The notes beneath the pieces are model-generated. The model searched no databases. It saw only the letters and a list, made by a program, of their open reading frames with translations, and had not been told where the DNA came from. From positions 620,001 to 684,000 of the forward strand of contig NC_043012.1 of the NCBI RefSeq assembly GCF_006345805.1: a stretch of 64,000 bases of DNA. Direction: 5' to 3'. Positions 41,031-53,296 of the stretch are shown here, piece by piece. This stretch comes from Octopus sinensis (taxonomy: Eukaryota). Each line of letters starts with the position of its first letter. Position 1 is the stretch's first letter. Both the position numbers and the translations under genes were made by a program.

Positions 41031-41280
41031 TGTATGAGTGTATATATATGGTTGTGTGTGTGTGTGTGTGTGTGTGTTGTTGTTGTTGTATTTAGGAATG
41101 GTCATTTTGCTAGTTTAGCCAATAAAAACACACGCACTATATATTTGGTGATAATTTGCTTCAGCGTTATTTATTTTTTACATTAAACTTAATCTTATTG
41201 GCTAAACTGGCAAAGTGCCCATTCCTAAATACAACATCTGTTTAAACACAGGATTTCACATCAAGAATCTTGCAAAACAA

Positions 41281-41348
<68 letters not shown>
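41281..41348. repeat. (TAGA)n microsatellite
   Basis: Direct reading. Confidence 0.95.
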
Positions 41349-41369
<21 letters not shown>

Positions 41370-41586
41370 AGGATCTTAGGTTATATATTTCGTTTTTGTT
41401 TGCAAGATTTGGTTTGCAAGATTCTTTATGTGAATTCCTGTGTTGAAGCATATTTAATTGTGTTTGGGGAGAGTCATTCTGTTTTAATGCTTTATTAAGA
41501 AACACACTCGCCATCTCGATTTCCATCCTTTACCTATTTAATTTTCTAAAATTGTTTGCTGCTCCTTGCAACTCTTCAATAGGTAT

Positions 41587-41638
<52 letters not shown>

Positions 41639-41869
41639 AAAAGAAAAATAATCCAGAATTTTCAAATCTGAGCTATTCTCATAACGGGCGAATCCTGGTC
41701 CCACTCTGTGGGTGGGCAGAAAGGTACGAAGATTGAGAAAGACAGAGTCATAGCGAGAGAGAAACATGTATTTTGAGGCCTCCATTAGATTTGCAAACCT
41801 TCTGGCATACATTGCATTGAAAGGTGTGCACAGACATATAGACAGAATAGTTGATGGAGATGTTTGTTT

Positions 41870-42140
41870 TCCATGAGATTTCAGCTGAACAAAAGAAAGG
41901 CATGGTCTATCACAAACTGTGAACGCAAGAGGTCATTGTGATTCACTTTCTTGATCGTAACATTCTTCCTTAAATCTCTCTTGAGTCTTGCATGCGTCAT
42001 CCTGGCCTCTTCAAACGCTTTCACACCTCTCTACGCTTTTGTTCGCCATCCAGCTCGATCCGAAGCAAGGATTTCTAAGTCCTCTCGATCAATTCCAGGT
42101 GACATCATAGTAGTCTTTATGTCGTCTTTAAACCTTGTAT
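41870..42140 (-). mobile_element. RTE (BovB-like) LINE 3' fragment
   Basis: RFKDDIKTTMMSPGIDREDLEILASDRAGWRTKA*RGVKAFEEARMTHARLKRDLRK...VCDRPC resembles RTE/BovB-type C-termini. Confidence 0.6.
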
Positions 42141-44134
42141 TAACAGATGAAAAGAAAATTTGATTCGAACTCGGAATATAAAAGACACTAATTACATATC
42201 ACACTGCGATTTGTGCCATCGTTCACCGGTTCTGTCAATGCATAACCCTGCGTAGATCAAGCCTTTACTTACAAGCGAGTATACAATAAGATGTTCCACG
42301 CTTTTGAAAATTGTTTTAGGCGCCTCGGTGTGCCTTCCCTCGACATATACTTCCTAAACACTCCCGTCCGCAGCATATCAAGTTTTGGGGGATAGTGGTA
42401 TGTGGAGCGATGCTAATAACTAGATGGTATTCATTTATTACTCAGTACATTGTAACAACTTGGAAGGAGGTGCCTTGCTAAAAGATGCAATCCGCTATCA
42501 GGTCCTTGAATTGGAACATTAGAGATCATCAGCCGAAAATCCCTATCCCCTTAGCCATACAGTATGCCTTCGCTATAGCTTTGAATGCTGTCTCCTTTGC
42601 CTGGTGACTGTGGCGAAAGAGGTCTCTGGTAGATGAGGCTAAGAGGAATGAGGACAGAGACATTCCTTTTTGTTAAAGCCCTCAGCGAATTTTCAAGTTT
42701 CATTTGAAAAGGAAAATAATGGTGGAGAGGAAGGTGTTATCCTCGAGTGAATTTCTTACAAGGTAGGTGAAAGTTGCAAGAATGGCAAGTGTAGACGTTA
42801 CCGCTCTAAGTGTAGACTTGTGAATCGGATGAAAGAAGCTGAAGAGGCGCCGGTGTATTTATGTCCCCATAACCTAGTTGTTTGGCATAAGAGAACGATA
42901 TAATAAGTATTAGGTTTAAAAATCTTAAGTACTGGGCTAGATTCATTCGACTGAAAGTTCCTCAAAGATTGCTCCATCATGGCCGTAGTCTAATGATTGA
43001 AATAAGTAAAAAGATACAAGGTAAAAAATAAAGTATATAAGTATGTATGTATGCGGATGTGTATTATGCATGTGCGTGTTGATACGATGGGCTTGCGCAC
43101 AGTTTTCGTCTTCTAAATTCGCTCAGAAGACATTGGTGGGCCTGGAACCCGGGGCTATACTAGAATGACATTTGCCGAAGATGCTGCGCATTCGGACTAA
43201 ACTCGAAGCTAGACGGTTGCAATGCCAACTTCCTAACCACAGAGCCATGTCAGCAGAAAAAAAAATTTTAAGAATTTTTATGGAATGGCAATTGTCGGTT
43301 AACGATATTTCGCGACACATAAATTTTTAGTGGGACTCTTTGAAAAGGCATTAATCTACAAAATGTTCCAACTCTGTTCTCTCAGTAAATATACGCCCTT
43401 GTCTCTTGTGGAAAAGACAAACAAATATATATAAAGGTTTATGATAAATGGATGTCGAATGCTATAAAACATGAGTCGAGATCCAGTTTCGATAAGTTGT
43501 TGACAGGTAGATTTATTTATTTATACATTTATTTATTTATATTTTGTTTATTTAGTTGGTTATTTTTTGCAGGAGAATCTAATATATGCCATCTTATGAA
43601 GTTAATAAAAAAAATCTCAAACATCATTCATGAACGTCAACGCTGTACAGTGTCGTACGGTTTGAAAACTTGTCATTCACTCCTTATTGAATTATGATCT
43701 CTATTTAACAATAGCCGATATAAAATTTCGTTGATTAGTTGGTTGGTTGATTGATATCTTCGGTCATGCTTTACATAGAGTGGTGAAGAGTGAGAGCGAC
43801 AGAGTGAAGGGGGATAAATCTAACGGTGATTCAACCCATTAAATGGCAAGAGTCACACATGGAGGAGAAGCAGGAGTAAGCGACGGAGTAGTTTTGGGAG
43901 GTTTTTATATATACAAACATGAAATTTATTGTTTAATTTTATTTTAAGACCACAAAAACCCTTGTTTTGAAAATTAGAATTATTTTCTTCATTTTGTATA
44001 AGTATCAAGTAATTTGATAAAAGTTAACTTATGGCTATTGTATGAATCCCAATTTTCCTCATATTTCCTACGGTAGCAAAAGGATATTTCCAAAGTTACG
44101 CATCATATGAGAGTAACACTAGTATTTTAATAAT

Positions 44135-44340
44135 GGGCTTCAAATTTTGGCACAAGGCCAGTAATTTCGGGTAAGTGGGAAAGCCGAATGCATCGACTCC
44201 AGTGCTCGGCTGGTATTTATTTTATCGACTTCGAAAGGATGAAAGGCGAAGTCGACCACGGCGGAATTTGAACTGAAAACGCAGACAGACGAAAGACCGC
44301 TAAACATATTGTCTGGCGTACAAACAATTCTGCCAGCTTC
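44135..44340 (-). mobile_element. SINE family B, diverged
   Basis: Contains aaggatgaaaggcgaagtcgaccacggcggaatttgaac. Confidence 0.7.
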
Positions 44341-44941
44341 TAAATATCTTTATATTTTGATATTAGAAACATTTTATTTTAGCAATAGCTATTACATCAG
44401 TTTCTGTCTATTCACGCACTATACGAGAAATAGCAGAAAATTTTTCCTTGGTTTACTCGCTACATCGATAAAATCCATTCGATAAAGCGGACTTTCAATA
44501 TTCTAAAATGGCGGAGAATCTGAAATATCTTTCACCAGATGCTCGATTAGGGTTTAGGGCTAAACAACTTTACCACCAACAGCAGTAACAGCAATTTCTT
44601 TTTTATTGTAATAGTGGAGCCCCTATGTAATTATTGGACCAGAATCAAATCTCACACAAAACCCAGTCAACTATCATTTTTTTGGTTTTTATTTTTTCAA
44701 AACGACAAAACAAAAATGAAAAGAATAAGAATTGATACATTGGATAATGTAAGCCTTGATGCATTATATCTGAAAATATGAAGAGATGGTCATGGCTGAA
44801 TCGCGTTTGAAATGATGTTTACCGAATCAGGCTGCACCGGTTTAAACAACAATGATCTCTTTTTAAATGAAACTAGGCATTCTTTAACTAAAATATTGTT
44901 AAACTTTTAGTTCGGTATGGTATTATTTGAGCAAACTTAAA

Positions 44942-45150
44942 AGGCAGTGAGTTGGCAGAATCGTTACTGCGCCAGGAAAAATGCTTAGCGGCATTTCGTT
45001 CATCTTAATGTTCTGGTTTCAAATTCCGTCGAGGTCAACTTTGCCTTTCATCCTTTCGGGGTCGATAAAATAAGTACCAGTTGATTACTGGAACCGATGT
45101 AATCGACTAGACCCCACACAGCCAAAATTTCAGGCCTTGTGCATAAAAAA
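44942..45150 (+). mobile_element. SINE family B
   Basis: GGCAGTGAGTTGGCAGAATCGTTAC head and colinear body. Confidence 0.8.
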
Positions 45151-45543
45151 GGATTATGTGAGGAAATTTTGAATGCTATTTCTAACTATGTAGAAGCTGC
45201 TTCATTGGCTGGTGTGTTATTATGTAGCTCTGTTTTCAAGTCTCGTGGACGTTAATTTTTGCATTATATTCTTCTCGGATCGTTAAATAAGTTCAAAGTC
45301 TAAATGTACGAGACGATGAAATCGATATCGAAGAGGTTGTCGCAAGGTTAACTCCATTAAATGACTAAAATAAAGAGATAAAATAAAAGTGTAACAAAAA
45401 TATATATATGCATAATGTCTGTGTGGTTGACAAGTGGATTCAGGTTGAGACCGATTGAGCGGTACTTTGAGCAAGTGTCTTCGACTATAGTTCCGGGACC
45501 ACTGATGCCATGTGAGCGAATAGGCAAGCGGCAACTACATATA

Positions 45544-45754
45544 TACCCGGTGTTCTGGAAAGTCCCTGGCTTTAAAAGTATCGCGAAAGGCCTGATTGGA
45601 AGCCCAACCTTCTGAGCTATTTTACAGGTCATAGAAAAATTGAAAGACCGCTCCGATAAGTAAATCTGAGAGGGGAATATTTTGAATAACATCACAATTA
45701 ACTGGTCCTCCTGTATTTTTTACACAAAGTCAGGAACTTTTCAACACCCTGCTA
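45544..45754 (+). mobile_element. Mariner-derived MITE with imperfect TIRs and TA flanks
   Basis: TA-CCCGGTGTTCTGGAAAGTCCCTGGCTTT versus AAAGTCAGGAACTTTTCAACACCCTGC-TA; internal KKLKDR..NLRGEYFE* resembles a mariner C-terminus. Confidence 0.7.
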
Positions 45755-45755
45755 T

Positions 45756-45812
<57 letters not shown>

Positions 45813-45949
45813 TGAGTTAAGCAAAAATTTAGATTCAGATTAATTAAATACTTAAGTTGAGGCACCAGAATTTAGTACAGTATCATCATCCATAGTTTCA
45901 AAATAAGGTGATTAAAATCAAAATATGCAACATGATATCTAGAGGTACT

Positions 45950-46033
45950 ACAGTACGATCGTTTCAAGCGGCTCCATTTAATTGAACAATGCAACCGTTA
46001 CATCAATTTAAATGCAGGGCAATCATCAGCTGC
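45950..46033 (-). ncRNA. Type I hammerhead ribozyme motif
   Basis: GCAG-CTGATGA-(long helix II with CATTTAA/TTAAATG)-GAAA-C-GATC-G-TA-CTGT. Confidence 0.7.
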
Positions 46034-47500
46034 TTAAATACATAGAATTAAATTAAATTAAAACAGATGGACACATTAGTATAATTTAACTAATAAACTA
46101 TTTCTATGTAATTTCTTTCCCCCCCCCCTCTATTGTGGTAAGATTTGGTAAATACTCAAAAGTATTCCAAGAAATGTAATCCTTTTGTTATAATATTCTT
46201 CTTAATAATCTTCTAGATAATTCTAAATTTAAACTTTATACAATATGGCGATATTGTTTAAAATGCTTTTAGTAATTACTTTATTTATCCCTTTCTTAAA
46301 GTGTTCCACCCTCCTGATCTTAGTATTTATAAAGGCCTTTATGTAAGTAGCCCTTCTAATTAAGTACCCCTAGGAAACTATAATATCATGTATGGATTAA
46401 CACTAATAACTTTTAAAACCTATAATATACTTCTTAGCTTATAATTAGTATATAGTCCTATAACATCAATATTCCTTTAGCTAACACCAGCTATCAGTCT
46501 TTATTGATACAAACTAAATAAGTAAATAAACAATTTTTAGTTTAAATACTTAAATCATTATACATTTTCTATAAATCTTCTTTATTGATATTGATAATAT
46601 CATGGTTTTACTGATTAAGCTATTTTATTCTTTTTCTATGGTGTTCTACCCTACCTGATCATTTTATTATTTTATAATAGCCTTTATAAAATAAACCTAA
46701 TTTTCGTACCACTATAAATTCATATTTAGCTTATATAAAACAATACCGGTATCTTCACAACTTAAAGTAAACTGCTTAGATTATAATTTATTTAATATAG
46801 TGTTAGCATGTTCTTTTGGCTCAGTATTCCTTTATTAAATAGCAGTAAATGCCAATGATCAATCTTCATAGATACCATCTAATAAGTTAGTATTTAAGTA
46901 TATGATATGTATATATATATTAAGCTAAATCTCTCCCTCTATTGTGGAAAAAATTTGGTATATACTCAAAAGTAATTTTTAAAAAGTTATCCTTTTATTA
47001 TAATATTCTTCTTAATAATCTTCTGAATAACCATAAATTTTAACTTTATACAATATGGTAATATTGTTTAAAATATTTAACTATAGTACCCCATGATAAA
47101 ATTGCCCCTGTATTATCATCATTGGTTTACTAGAATCTTTCCCCTTTTATTGTCAGCTAACAACTTGATTTAAGATTTCCTTTAAAAATCTCATTATATT
47201 GGTTGAAATTAATCTTGATAGTTTTATGAATTTACCCACTATGATTTCTGTCGAATCAGCCTCTTTCCTAGCAGACTCTGCTCCTTCTTCTTTGGCCTTA
47301 GATTTTGAAATACAAAGATTTGGTAAACAAGACTATAAATTAAAACTGAGCCCAAAAAACAGTGACAAGCTAGATCTCTTAGTTGCTTCTAAGCTGCAGT
47401 GAAGACAGCATGTTCTTTGTCTATCTCCTTACCTTCTTGGAGGTTTTACGTAAAATTATAATGTGTCCACCTCTTTTAATTTAATTAATACTATGTATTT

Positions 47501-47588
47501 ATGCAGCTGAGGATTGCTCTGTATTTAAACTGATGTAATAGTTGCAATGTTCAATTAAATAGAATCGTTTGAAACGATCGTACTGCAT
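47501..47588 (+). ncRNA. Type I hammerhead ribozyme motif
   Basis: ATGCAG-CTGAGGA-(helix II with TATTTAA/TTAAATA)-GAAA-C-GATC-G-TA-CTGCAT: perfect 6-bp helix I, palindromic GATC loop, GUA triplet. The base of helix II is non-canonical (U-U). Confidence 0.75.
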
Positions 47589-47608
47589 TACATCTAGATA
47601 ACCTGTTG

Positions 47609-47650
<42 letters not shown>

Positions 47651-47838
47651 AAATTATCACGCTTACAGTGGGGCGGTTGTCTTCCCTGTCACTTCAAATT
47701 AGAATATATGCTTTCTGTAGCTAAACAGTCTATAACTCTTATTTCTAGCAATGCCAGTGCTCACTGCACTCTTCGTCACTTTTAGTAACAGCGCGGTATA
47801 TATATATGTGTGTGTGTGTGTGCGCGCGCTTCTGTGTG

Positions 47839-47871
<33 letters not shown>

Positions 47872-48218
47872 TATGTATGTATGTATGTATGTATGTATGT
47901 ATATATAGTCGATTTAAGGATGTAATTTTCTGTTTAGGAATTATGAAGATCAACTAGTGTTATCGATGATATATTGAGAGAATTTTCGCAATACGTAGGG
48001 ATAAAGAGTCCAATTTATAGTCATACCTATTTAAGAAAATGGAGTAAAAATTATATATAGTGGATACTTATTTTATATGTATTTTATTTGTATCAGTGTG
48101 ACCCAAAGGTGTCGGGTAATGCTGAATAAGTGCTATGGATAGACCATAGTTGAGTTCCAGGTTCGGTGATTATGCGAATAAGGGGTCCAACTTAGGTTAT
48201 ATATCAGCGAGTGTACAT

Positions 48219-48448
48219 AAAATTTTTTTTCCGTAATGAGATAAAAAAACCAAGGCTGTGTAGATTTTAGAACATTTATAAATAGAATGTCTTACAGCTG
48301 TTTCTAGGAAATCTATTATATCCCTTCATCACACTGTTTCCGATGAAGGGATATAATAAATATCCCAAAAACAGCTGTGAGATCTATTTATATATGTTGT
48401 AAAATCTACACAGCCTTGGTCTTTTATCTCATTACGGAAAAAAATTTA
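48219..48448. repeat. Roughly 230-bp hairpin element centred on a degenerate hammerhead
   Basis: Arms mirror each other out from ATATCCCTTCATC / GATGAAGGGATAT. Plus strand reads TGTTT-CCGATGA-A-GGGATAT-AATAA-ATATCCC-A-AAAAC-AGCT-GTG; the mirrored arm keeps GAAAC-AGCT-GTA-AGACA. Confidence 0.85.
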
Positions 48449-48517
48449 TATATGTATATATATGTGTGTGTGTGTGTGTATCTATGTATATATTATGTGT
48501 ACATAATGTATATATAA

Positions 48518-48564
<47 letters not shown>

Positions 48565-48599
48565 TGTGTGTGTGTGTGTGTATTTATGAGTGTGTGTGT

Positions 48600-48830
48600 G
48601 TGTGTGTCTTTGTGTCTTTGTCTCCTCACCGCCATCACTTCGCAACCGATGTGGGTGTGTTTATGTACCTATAACTTAACGGTTCAGCAAGAGAGACCGA
48701 TAGAATAAGTACTGGGCTTGCAATGTATAAATCCTGCGGTCGATTTCTTCCACTAAAAAAAAAAACCTTTAAGGCAGTACACCAGCATGGCCACAGTCAA
48801 AGGACTGAAACGAGAATAAAAGAATGAAAG
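48600..48830 (+). mobile_element. SINE family A 3' half
   Basis: Contains gagagaccgatagaataagtactgggc...catggccacagtcaaa. Confidence 0.7.
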
Positions 48831-49680
48831 AATAAGCGAATTATTAACTTTGAAACATGCGTAATCAGAGTCGAGTTTCAAAAATGGTTCATGTATGGAC
48901 TACTTGTTAAACCCAGCAGAAATCTAACAGCACAAGATATTTAATGAATAACAGCTCGGTTTACCTACAAGCACATCATAGCTTCATACTACCCTTACAG
49001 CAAAGAGTAACGCCCCGAGGGAAAAATACTTCTGACGTTGATCGATCCCTTTCTACGCCGCTCCATTGCCGATTTCCTGCTCGGAAACACGATACCCGCA
49101 GTAGGGTATCTTGCAGAGCTTCTTTCGAATATAAGTTAATCTGTTCATTTGCGTATATATGCGTGCTAATATATTTATGCACGCGTATATGTGTTTCAAC
49201 GTGTGTGTAAGTATATCTGGTAATGTATATGTGTATGCTTGTAAGTGTGTGAAATTATGTATATGTGTACGTGTGTGTGTTTTAATGTATATTTGTGTGT
49301 ATGTGTGTGTGTGTGTGTGTATTAATGTTTATTTGTGTGCGTATATGTATGACAGTATGGCTGTGTCTGTGTGTTTTATCAAGAAATTTGTCAAGGACGA
49401 CGGGACCAAATATTGAAAAAAATACACCATTTTGATAGCTGTTTTCGAATCACATGGCAGGCAATAGGTTTAAATATGTGTGCGTGTGTGTACGTATATA
49501 TGTATATATGCATGTAAACATACATACACACACATACGCATTTAAACACATATATGTATTTATATATACGTATATATGTAAATATATATATATACATATA
49601 TATATACATATACATATAAATACATATATGCATGTATGCATACATACACACACGCACATATGTATTTATACATATATGTA

Positions 49681-49714
<34 letters not shown>

Positions 49715-49801
49715 GCATATATATATATTATATATATATATATATTACGTTTATATATTTGTTTTGCAAGATTTTTGATGTGAAATCGTGTGTTGAAACA
49801 G

Positions 49802-50136
49802 ATATTGTTATATTTAGGAATGGTCATTTTGCCAGTTTAGCCAATAAAAACACACGCACTATAAATTTGGTGTTACTTTGCTTCATCGTTATTTATTTTT
49901 TACATTAATCTTAATCTTATTTCGGCCAGAGTCACACGTAAGGAGAGACACACAAATAAGAAAGAAGAAAGCAAAGGACCACTGATGAGGTCACAGGAGC
50001 GTGACGAAAGAACTCTGGCCGAAATAAGATTAAAGTAAAAAATAAATAACGCTGAAGCAAAGTACCACCAAATATATAGTGCGTGTGTTTTTATTGGCTA
50101 AACTGGCAAATTGACCATTCCTAAATTCAACAATAT
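49802..50136. repeat. Palindromic element (arms 49802-49933 and 50012-50136)
   Basis: tttaggaatggtcattttgccagtttagccaataaaaacacacgcacta is mirrored at 50077-50125. Confidence 0.9.
49977..50020 (+). ncRNA. Minimal type I hammerhead ribozyme motif
   Basis: GACCA-CTGATGA-G-GTCAC-AGGAGC-GTGAC-GAAA-GAAC-TC-TGGCC: 5-bp helix II; helix I has 4 of 5 pairs; same family as 14380-14424. Confidence 0.7.
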
Positions 50137-50294
50137 ATATATACATATATATATATACGTATATACACACTCACATATATATATATAGGTACATAGAAGC
50201 TTACACGCAATTACACACACAGAGACGTAATGTATACATATAAATATACACACATATATAATTATATCAGTATGTATTTGTGTGTGTGCTTATA

Positions 50295-50327
<33 letters not shown>

Positions 50328-50374
50328 GGTATATATATATATGTACATACAAACAAACATATAAATGTGTGTGT

Positions 50375-50433
<59 letters not shown>

Positions 50434-50609
50434 GTATATACATGCATACATACATATACGCATGCGTACACGCACATATACACTTAGTCACATTCCCCTA
50501 ACTTTTTCTCGTCTCTTTCCCTGAAGCCACTGTTGTCTTGAAACCTTCCTGTTCCTGCGTTTTGTAGAATCAAAACAAACCCTTTACCGGATGTCCGTTT
50601 TCCACGGGA

Positions 50610-51050
50610 CATTGATGATGATGATGATCACCATCATCAATATCATCATCATCGTCATCATCATCATCGTCGTCGTCGTCGTCATTATCATCCTCATTAT
50701 CGTCATCATCACCATCATGATCATCATCATCATTATCATCATCATCATCATCATCATCACCAACTTCATCATCATCATGATCATGATCATCATCATGATC
50801 ATCATCACCATCATCATCGTCGTCGTCGTCGTCATCATCATCCTAATTATCGTCATCATCACCATCATCATCATCACCATCATGATCATCATCTTCATCA
50901 TCATTATCATCATGATCATCATCATCATCATCGTCGTCGTCGTCGTCGTCATCCTCATCCTCATCCTCATTATCAACATCATCACCCTCATGATCATCAT
51001 CGTCATCAACATCATCATCATATATCATCATCATCATCATCATCATCATC

Positions 51051-51086
<36 letters not shown>

Positions 51087-51504
51087 GTCGTCGTCGTCGT
51101 CGTCGCCATCATCCTCATCATCATCATCTTCATCATCATCATCATCATCATCATCATCGTCGTCGTCGTCGTCGTCATCATGCTCATTATCATCATCATC
51201 TAGGTCATTCTCGTCATCTCAATTTCTTCGTGATCACCAATCTCTTAACCATCACCATTCTCGCAGATATCGTCATCATTATTCTTGTAGTTGTCGTTTT
51301 TTTTTTATTGCTATCGTCATTAAGATCACTACCACCACCACCACCACCACAACCACCACCACCACCATCATCATCATCGTCCTCAACAACCTCACTATTA
51401 CCTGCGGCATCGTTGTGGCCATCATCATTATCATCATCACCAGCATCAACATCACTACCACCATCACCACCACTACCACCGCATCCATCATCATCATCCT
51501 CGCT

Positions 51505-51536
<32 letters not shown>

Positions 51537-51596
51537 CATCATCGTCATCATCATCCTCATCCTCATCCTCATCATCATCATCATCATAGTCATCAT

Positions 51597-51654
<58 letters not shown>

Positions 51655-51821
51655 CCATCAGCAGCAGAAGTAGCAGCAGCAGCAAATACAACAACATCGT
51701 CTAAGCCATTCTCGACATCGTCATTTTCACCATCATCATCATCATCAGCGTCTTAATCTTCACCATCATCGTACTTGTCATCTTCGTTGTCGTTGCTATC
51801 GTCATCAACAGATCTATCACC

Positions 51822-51853
<32 letters not shown>

Positions 51854-51930
51854 CAACAACAGCATTATCATCATCATCACATTATTATTTTTGTCATCAT
51901 CATCATCATCATCACCATCGCCATCACTAT
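50610..51930. repeat. (CAT)n/(CGT)n/(CAC)n trinucleotide low-complexity field
   Basis: Direct reading; source of the 332-aa and other homopolymeric pseudo-ORFs. Confidence 0.95.
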
Positions 51931-52009
51931 CAGTATCATCTACATCTTTATCATTTACCTTTATATTATCGCCGTTATATCTTGCATTCCCTTTTTCCCA
52001 CCTCTCCCA

Positions 52010-52109
52010 NNNNNNNNNNNNNNNNNNNNNNNNNNNNNNNNNNNNNNNNNNNNNNNNNNNNNNNNNNNNNNNNNNNNNNNNNNNNNNNNNNNNNNNNNNN
52101 NNNNNNNNN
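52010..52109. other. Assembly gap (100 N)
   Basis: Exactly 100 N, a typical placeholder for a gap of unknown size. Confidence 0.98.
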
Positions 52110-52920
52110 AGCTGTCAGAAGCGTTAGCACACGGGCGAAATGCGTAGCCTTATTTCGTCTGCCGTTTACGTTCTGAGTTCAAATTTCGCCGAGGTCGACT
52201 TTGCCTTTATCCTTTTAGAGTCGTTAAATTAAGTACCAGTTGCGTACTGGAGCCTAGGGTAGAATCGAATATGCACAGTATTTAGAGGGGTGAGCTGGCA
52301 GAAATGTTAGCACGCCAGGCAAAATGCTTAAAGGTTTTTTTGTCTGCCTTTACGTTCTGAGTTCAAATTCCGCTGAGGTCGACTTTGCTTTTCATCCTTT
52401 CGGAACCGATAAATCAAGTACCAGTTGCGCACTGGGGTCAATCTAATCGACTGACCCTCTTCCCCAAAATTTTGGGCTTTATGCCTAGTGTAGAATATAG
52501 AAGAATATTCATTATAATACAGGCAGAAGGTCTGCAATTTAAAAATGCAACTAATTAATTACATCAACAGTAGTGTTCAGAAGGTTCTTCTCTCATCGAC
52601 CGCGAACGGAAAACTCGACCTCGGTGGAATTTCAACGCAGAAAGTAAAACCAGAAGAAAGGCGCCAAACCATTTTATCCGGCGTGCTAACGATTCATCCA
52701 GCTAACCGCATGTTTATTTATGTAAATATTGCTTTAAAATTTGGAACAGGCTACCGGACTTTTGAGAGATACAATAAATTGATTACATCGACCCTAGTGA
52801 TCAACTGGTTCTTATTTATCGATATCGAAGTAAAGTCGACCTAGGTGGATTCGAAACTCAGGATGTGAAGGTGAACGAAATGCCGCTATGCATTTGCCCG
52901 TTGGCCCGTGAGCTAACAAT
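52110..52920. mobile_element. Cluster of four SINE family B copies (two plus: about 52110-52250 and 52285-52495; two minus: about 52570-52700 and 52730-52920)
   Basis: Repeated gttctgagttcaaatt..gaggtcgactttgc blocks and their reverse complements. Confidence 0.75.
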
Positions 52921-52942
52921 TCTGCTTTATATTTATAATAAT

Positions 52943-53296
52943 ACTACCACTATGACCGGCGTTGCCGGGTCATAGTGCTAGTGCATGGATATACAGCTGT
53001 GTGCGTGTGCATATACACGCGAGTACTGTCCAAATCTCCGACCAATCACATACAGCTAGCTGGCATTCAATTGGCGTATCAAGTTTCGGGCATTTTGGAT
53101 AGAAAATTCACATAAAAGTCACTTTTATTGATTTTTTAATGGCTTTGTGGGGTGACTTGGGAAATGTAAAGATGTGCACGACCACCCTTGGACGGTTTTG
53201 AATGACCATAGAAAGTGCGAACCCTCTGACTGAAAAATTATGGATTTGTATAAAGGACACGCACGCAGACATTTTGCCGTTTATATATAGAGAGAT
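52943..53296 (+). mobile_element. Helentron/DINE-1-like non-autonomous element
   Basis: 5' hairpin ACTATGACC-GGCGTTGCCG-GGTCATAGT; 3' end TTTATATATAGAGAGAT; same terminal layout as 27515-27917. Confidence 0.55.

Larger units (their letters stand above)
45927..47609 (-). mobile_element. Decayed, internally deleted Penelope-like element with inverted roughly 150-bp pseudo-LTRs
   Basis: Inverted arms 45927-46077 and 47460-47609, each with a hammerhead; internal direct repeat 46126-46264 and 46935-47074; only weak PLE-like peptide remnants on the minus strand (e.g. IIKKNIITKGLHFLE). Confidence 0.55.

Noticed and set aside
42190-42800. RT remnant and an isolated minus-strand CTGATGA near 42530
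   Set aside because: Peptide similarity to RT is too weak to call, and the heptamer lacks the rest of the fold.
46080-47460. Mitochondrial insertion (NUMT) suggested by AT-richness
   Set aside because: No recognisable mitochondrial gene, rRNA or tRNA; inverted hammerhead-bearing ends fit a Penelope-like element better.
50591-51589. 332-aa ORF, the longest in the window
   Set aside because: Pure CAT/CGT/CAC repeat translation, open in several frames on both strands.
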